Source of the DNA: Octopus vulgaris
Taxonomy: Eukaryota
Assembly: GCA_951406725.2 (NCBI GenBank)
Contig: OX597834.1
Span: forward strand, 24,862,001-24,926,000
DNA: 64,000 nucleotides
Direction of reading: 5' to 3'
The notes below the pieces were generated by a model. The model ran no database searches and was not told the origin of the DNA. It saw only the letters and a program-made list of their open reading frames with translations. A program made the translations under genes and the position numbers. Below are positions 56,694-64,000 of this stretch, in pieces (the stretch's first letter is position 1; each line of letters opens with the position of its first letter).

Positions 56694-57559
56694 ATTATTA
56701 TTATTATTATTATTATTGAAATAATGGTTTCTAATAATTGTTCTTTTTTATAATCCTGGTTAAAGAAGTTGTGCCTAGTATCCACAATTAAATATTTCTT
56801 TGAGCTCTTTGTCAATGTATGTGTTTGAGGTGTATGTGTGCGTGTGTGTGTGTGTGCGTGTGTGTGTGCATGTGTACGAGTGTTTAACTTTAAATGTGCT
56901 CTCTCTCTCCCTCTCCCTCTCCCTTACCTTCAACTTTTATTCCATTTATTTCTGTATTCCATCTCTTAATTTTTCAGGGTGATTTTTTCATTTATTCCCA
57001 CCTTCTCTGCTTTCCTTCCTCTCACAATCACGTGACCTCTAATTCTTCATCTTTTTCTCTCTTCTTTTTCCTCTTTTTCTGTCTCTGCTCCAACGCTTTA
57101 TCCACTATTTTGTATGTATTTGTGTATCTAGTATAACATTTCTTTCAATTTTTTTTCTTGTATCATTTTAAAAATTTAATTTCTATTAGACTCAGCTGAC
57201 AGAATATTCATCCAACCTTATGATTGATTTCCTAATGTATCGATTTATTTTTGCCTTTTTTGGAATGTTAATTCATCTTTTCATATTTATCTAACATTTA
57301 TTATTACATTTATTATTAATGCTTCCGGTCGTTCGATCCCTCCAACATCCTTCCATTCCAAAACTGATTCACGTTTACTAAAATCAGTGATCGTGGTCTG
57401 TTTCTGGATTAACAGGCTTAAGTTTTTTTTGTCAGAAGTTCGGCTACGAGTAATAAGGTCTTCAGATTTTCAACTACGGATACAGCATGCTGTTTCACAC
57501 TCTTTATAACACTCGGTACGGTTTTCTGTATTCTTCACCTTGTTTCCACTTAAATGATT

Positions 57560-57638
<79 letters not shown>

Positions 57639-57951
57639 CACATAAACACACACACGCACGCACACACACACACACACATACATTTGCATATAATTTTACA
57701 CGTATACATTATATGTGTTTCTCGATATATAGGTGTACGTGTGTGCGCGTGTTTGTGTTTGTATGCGTGCGTGCTTGTGTGTGTGTGAGTGTATGTGTGC
57801 ATGTGTGTGTGTGAATGCACGCACGATTCTGTGTGTCTGTGTGTTGTTATAACGACAAGTAGATAAATAGGTCTCCACCCTGAAAATCATATTTCGTTCC
57901 TACAACCGTATAGTGCAGGTGCTCGGGTAATGTTGTTACAAACAATTAATA

Positions 57952-57991
<40 letters not shown>

Positions 57992-58301
57992 TATAAAACA
58001 TATATACTCACACACATATGTATATTCATTACAAGTGTTTATATATATATATGTGGGGGTGCGTACGCATGTATGCATTGTATATATAGCAAAACCACAG
58101 ATATGCAAGAATATATGCATACGCACTTGTATATATAAATCTATACATGCAGATGAATGTATACGCAGCCACATATTCTTGCATATGTAAATGTATACAC
58201 TCGTTCACATATACATTTCCTACACATATACATACACACATGTATAAGTATATATGCATGGGTGTGTGTAGATGTGTGTTGTCATGTGCAAGTGTATTCC
58301 A

Positions 58302-58332
<31 letters not shown>

Positions 58333-58587
58333 ATAGCCATGAGTGTGTGTGTATATGTACAGCCACGTGAGTTTGTATTCTTTGAACTTGGTAAATATAA
58401 GCGGTCTGATTCTGAAACGTAGCCAACACGTGTATTCTTGAACGAAATTGAAAATTTAAATCTTTCTAATTCGACATCTGCAAGGAAATGAGTGTTATGT
58501 CCAGTCGTCTAGTTGTCTGTGCTCTGACATCCGGGCCTTATACTTATCATCAAGCACACAGACATGCTTACCAAAACCAAAACGCCC

Positions 58588-58642
<55 letters not shown>

Positions 58643-58759
58643 ACATTTACTTTAAAATATACGTGATTCGGTACAAATGGCCATATGTTTAGCACAATAC
58701 TAGTGTTTTAAACGGAAAATTTGCAATCATTGCACAGAACGAACTATATGCTCATCTGA

Positions 58760-59600
58760 AACCAACTAAATTTATTATAATTCAATGCCCTGTTGAAGTT
58801 CTCTCTGTACGTAGAAAATTTTAGAAATGTTTCTACTGATGCCGGGAACTAGGTTTCTAATCAAAGCGGGGATGGTGAAAGTTCCTGTAGATGTATAACT
58901 TTCTCCTTGGGTCTCCTGTAAGAGTAGCACTTGCCCCCTTTTTTAAGACCAGGGTTACGTACAAGACCTTCATGATACTGGTGGTAACTCATATTTTTTT
59001 AGGTTAAGCTTTGAAAATTCTTTATCAGATCCTATCTGAAATTGTTCATGGCTTAACCGTTCATATGACTTGCGATTGGCAGGCCGTCGTCCCTAAAATG
59101 GGATGATGTTCGCACTTTCTAAGTGTACCCAAGATAAATATCCTAGTGAAGTCAGCGATCTTAGCCCCATCATAGCTCCCCATAGATTCGTTGAACAGTA
59201 GGCCGTGTTCCTTCTTCACCCAGCAGAAATCATCACGGACCAAGACTGCCTTTCTAGCATTCATGACGATTCTGACATCCAGGCCACTGATAGTGTGGTA
59301 AGATCTAGTCTGCTAAAATCTAAAGCCTTCAGAGGCATGCGTTTCGTTACTGCGGGGTAGAAATCTACACTGTCGAAGTGGGTGAATCTGCAAGATGCGT
59401 TATTCTCTGTCCTCAAACCAGTCAATTGCTACGGTGCTGCAATACCATTAGATCAACCCCGTAGCCCTTCGAATATTGCACTCGATGGTATAGATAATGA
59501 GCTTGGTAACAATACCTACCTCGCTCTTAGAGGGTGTAAACAACACGCATTTAGGATTTAAAATATCTTTAAGCTTCATATGGGGATGGGGATCAACGGT
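58760..59600 (-). mobile_element. Decayed Penelope-like RT (MGSYDGA type, possibly Naiad-related)
   Basis: NPKCVLFTPSKSEVG, FTHFDSVDFYPAVT, MGSYDGAKIAD, FRDDGL, with stops and frameshifts. Confidence 0.75.
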
Positions 59601-59742
59601 GAGGCTGTCCATGCGGTCCTATGTATTTCGGAACCATAGTCATCTCTTTCGTGCATGCGTGGAAGTATGTGTTTCATATATGTTCTTTGTATTGTCAGCA
59701 GGGATATGTACTCCCCCCCCACCTCTCTCTCTCTCTCTCGTC

Positions 59743-59782
<40 letters not shown>

Positions 59783-59967
59783 GGGGGAGAATTCACGAAA
59801 AAAACACAAGACGAAGACAGGTGGTGTAGAAAACAAACAGATGTATAAGTATAACGCTCGGGAATTGAAAAAAGTATTTTATGTTTCGAGCCTACGCTCT
59901 TCCACAGAAAGGAACACAGAAAGAAACAAGGAGAGAAATGTGTGTAGTGGCTAACGATCTATCATCG
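59783..59967 (-). mobile_element. Penelope-like pLTR fragment (family E1)
   Basis: ggagaattcac...gtagtggctaacgatctatcat is shared with 11184-11368, and both ends are the same. Confidence 0.6.
59877..59911 (-). ncRNA. Minimal hammerhead-like motif, core variant CUGUGGA
   Basis: UUU-CUGUGGA-A-GAGC-GUAG-GCUC-GAAAC-AUA-AAA; second copy of the 11274 family. Confidence 0.5.
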
Positions 59968-59973
59968 CGACTG

Positions 59974-60016
<43 letters not shown>

Positions 60017-60017
60017 G

Positions 60018-60048
<31 letters not shown>

Positions 60049-60658
60049 ACATTATCATGCACTTTGTATACACGACAAATAATAACCAATAATATTTGAC
60101 CTTAGTAGATTATTTTCCACTGAACACCTAAATTCTCGTGAATGAATGCATATCACTGTATTATTGTTGCATCAGCAGCCTTTGTAGACTGGAAAACACG
60201 CAGCAGGCGAAATAAGAAAGAATGACAGAGTTTCACTTATGCGCTGTCATGGATGTTTTTTCCTGTTATACTTTCTAACGTGCATACACACACATACATA
60301 CATATGTACATATATATATAGACACACACACAGATATGTGCACACGCATACATACGTGCATAATACATACATACATCCTCACATCTGGAAGTATCAAATT
60401 ACACACGACAGATACAGAGGCGCTCGAACGACATATTCATGGCCAGAGATTCTATTCAGATGTTCACAATAAGCATTTGATTCGACACCCCCACTCCAAC
60501 CTGCACCACCTCCCCTCTTGCATTCGCTCTGTCTCTCTCTCTCTCTCTCTCTTTCCACTTCACTCTTTCGCTTTCCCTTGGTTTCTTGGTCTCTCTCCTT
60601 TTCTTCCTGTTTTTTTCTCATGATATGCATACACACATAAATGTATATATACATATAC

Positions 60659-60744
<86 letters not shown>

Positions 60745-61419
60745 ATATATATGTATATATATATATATATATACATACACACAAGTACATGTACGCGTTC
60801 GCGCCCATGTACAAATGCGCACGCCCGCATCAATATAGACATGCACGCAAAACCATATGAGCTCGCTCACAAACCCCATATACAACTATTTACTTGCACA
60901 TCTCGCCCCTTCCTACTTTCCCTCCAACAACTCGACCGATTTCCAACACATTGTCGATTTCCTCTTGTTCACCAGGTGGCATTTTCCATCTGACTGTTGT
61001 CGCTGATGTACTGAAATACCAACATCAAACATCGATACCGCATGACCGTCCTCGACCAATCGCAACCCACCTTACAGTAATAACAATCAATTTCTTTCAT
61101 TCAGATTCAAAATGGCTGAAGACTGGCATCACGCTTGAAACTCAGAGTACCCCCGATTTTGAGTCAAACTGCTTTCATACATACCTGTAACTCTCAATAA
61201 ATTTGTTGAGTGCCTTTCTTTCGTTAGTCCACTCCAGATTCTGTTGAGCGCCATTCACAAACGCCTGACCAACAGTTTGTAATGGAGTGACAGCCACTAC
61301 CGTAATCGCTGAGGAATACCCAAATACTTCGAAGGAAAATCTATTTGACGCGACTTACTGAGAAACCGGAAGGTGTCATCAAACACAAAGATACAAAACA
61401 TATGCTGTCTATATAACAT

Positions 61420-61830
61420 TAGGACTATTCAAGAGTAATACAATATTTCGCAAATATCTCCTTCGAGTAAAACCACCAATAGAAGAGAATATGACTAAGA
61501 ACTGTGTGTACTCCATCCCATGCAGATGTGGTAGGTTATGCAAAGGCGAAACATGCCGCCCCCTCAAAATAATAGTAGAGGAACATCGCAAAGCTGTGAC
61601 ATGAGGAGATATTGGTAAATCAGGTATAGCTGATCATGTATGGAATAATGGAGACCACCTACCCCTGTGGGATGAAGTTAAAATAATAGACAGAGAAGAC
61701 CATTGGAAAATACGTAAACTAAAAGAAGCAGCACATATGTTAGGACATTAACAACTTCCTGAGCAGACAGAGTACAGATATGAATAGCATGTGGGAACCG
61801 GTATTAAGGAAGGATAGGAAAATATTAGAT
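61420..61830 (+). mobile_element. Penelope GIY-YIG endonuclease C-terminal fragment
   Basis: KNCVYSIPCRCGRLCKGETCRPLKIIVEEHRKAV*...KSGIADHVW...WDEVKIIDREDHWKIRKLKEAAHM. Confidence 0.85.
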
Positions 61831-61864
61831 TTATAAGCTCTAAAATTCGGTCCATAATTGCCAC

Positions 61865-62025
61865 GGGCATATAGCGTAGTGGTTAAGAGCGCGGGCTACT
61901 AACCCTAAGATAATAGCATAGAAAAATACCTTAGGAATGAGAACCCAGGTTCGAAAATTCCCCACGACACCAACAGCAAACAAGATGAGGACAAATATCC
62001 GTCAAATGTAAATAATGTAAATAAT
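61865..62025 (+). mobile_element. Short repeat remnant with tRNA-like A-box head
   Basis: tagcgtagtggttaagagcgcgggct at the start and (aatgtaaat)2 at the end; lies just downstream of the Penelope endonuclease fragment. Confidence 0.4.
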
Positions 62026-62942
62026 ATACTTAGACATACGGACGCGATGCACAACATTCTCGTATATCTACACCCGAGACAGGCGCACACACACGAACAC
62101 CAGTGTTATAAATACACAGACATGTATATCTGATGGACACAGCAGTCTTATATGTGTACACAGAAAAAGCACACACAAACACAGACGGAGTAAATACAGC
62201 CTTTCGGCCAAACAGATGAGTATGATAGGTAACGCCTGGAAGGAATCCTGAATGGATATAAAATGAGAAATTGCAAGAGAGGAGATAAATGTTGACCGGC
62301 AAGCTAAGCGCCCGGTAGCGAAAGACAGAGCGATGGGAAAATTAGTCACGGGTCTCGTGTAGGCAGTAGATAGAAGGGAAGGGAAGGAAGATGAGAGAGA
62401 GAGGGGGGAGCGGTAGAGAAAACAGGGAAGGGAGGGGCAAGTCTACAATTACGAGTGAGAAAACGAGAGAGAAGAAGAGAGGAAGTTGGGATGTTAGAAA
62501 AGGAATATGATGACGAGAGAAAGAAAAATGTGTGTGTGTGTGTGTGTGATTTAACAAATAAAATACAATGACATGGATATTTCGCTTGCATGGGATAGGA
62601 CCCATGACTTACAGGTCTTTAGCCTTGACGCTCCTTCGACTGGGTGTGACCTTATAATATATAGAAATAGAATACATAGAAATATATTAGCTATTATTAA
62701 ATGAGAATATTTTATTAGAGTATTTTAAACGAAACACGCGAAATGATGGAATGATGGATAGAGAAAAATAAATATTTATTCCCAATGGAAAAGTAATTCG
62801 AAATACGAAATGGTTGCACTTGTTTCTATTCAATTTATGTGAATTTCCTTGTAGTTGTAATTTTGGATGGATCCTGTGTGGGCGTGTGTGTGTGTGTGGG
62901 GGGGGTAAATTCATATTGATTTATAGATGCATATAAACAAAG

Positions 62943-62985
62943 AGATAGATAGATAGATAGATAGATATGTAGGTAGGTAGGTAGG

Positions 62986-63056
<71 letters not shown>

Positions 63057-63244
63057 GTAGGTAGGTAGGTAGGTAGATAGATAAGATAGATAGATAGATA
63101 AGATAGATAGATAAGATAGATAGATAAGATAGATAGATAAGATAGATAGATAAGATAGATAGATAGATAGATAGATAGATAAGATAGATAGATAGATAGA
63201 TAGATAAGATAGATAGATAAGATAGATAGATAAGATAGATAGAT

Positions 63245-63319
<75 letters not shown>

Positions 63320-63330
63320 GCAGATAGGTA
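62943..63330. repeat. (GATA)n/(GGTA)n microsatellite
   Basis: Direct inspection; a 13-bp sub-period aagatagatagat is visible. Confidence 0.97.
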
Positions 63331-64000
63331 GATACCGTAATAGTCGATTGACAGAGACATACAGATAAACAGGCAGACAGACAGGACGACGGACGGACAG
63401 GAAGAAAGACAGTTGGAGACCACTCTACAGATTAAGATTGTTTTGTGAGAGTATTGTCAGACTGAAAGGTAAACGGACACGTATTGAGTCAGTTGTGTGT
63501 AATATAACACGTCATAAAGCTCCATCACCAGCACTCCGCCATTACTGTCATAACTGTACAACCACACCACAGCCACCACCACCACCACTAGGGCATTCAA
63601 CAACATCACTGACAATAACATAAACACCACCACCACCACCGCCGTCGCCTCTACCACCACCACAACCACCACCACCAACCAACACCACCACTACCATCAC
63701 CACAACCACCACACTACCACCGCCACAACCTACCACCATCACAACCACTAAAACAACCACAACCGCCGCCACCACCACTACCACCGCTACAAACTACACC
63801 AACACCTAACACTACCAGCACCACCACAACACCACCAGCACAACCACACCGCCACAACACTACCAGGGCCTTCAACAACAACAACACTAATAACAACATA
63901 ACCTCCACCTCCACCACCACCATCATTACAACCATCACCATAATCACAACCACTACCACTACTGATACAACTACTACCACATCCACCATCACCCCCACTC

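Overview
Eukaryotic, AT-rich, repeat-saturated DNA; the SINE families and microsatellite load look like an octopus (coleoid cephalopod) genome, which is my inference. Nearly all ORFs in the track are translations of simple repeats. The only well-supported host gene piece is the terminal coding exon of an MFS transporter, probably SLC16/monocarboxylate-transporter-like (27564-27877, +). There is also one candidate exon on the minus strand (21436-21642). The rest is a mosaic of several tRNA-derived SINE families, decayed non-LTR retrotransposon fragments (R4/Dong-like RLE, CR1, L1/Tx1, RTE, HERO-like), Penelope-like RT and GIY-YIG fragments, small DNA-element derivatives and microsatellites. Two structures stand out. 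(1) Short non-coding elements abutting (TA)n tracts carry type I hammerhead ribozyme motifs and often form fold-back inverted repeats, resembling Penelope pLTRs or retrozymes. (2) A ~550 bp non-coding element sits only in (TAA)n, in the same orientation as Dong-like LINEs and stacked with them, suggesting a Dong-mobilised non-autonomous retroelement.
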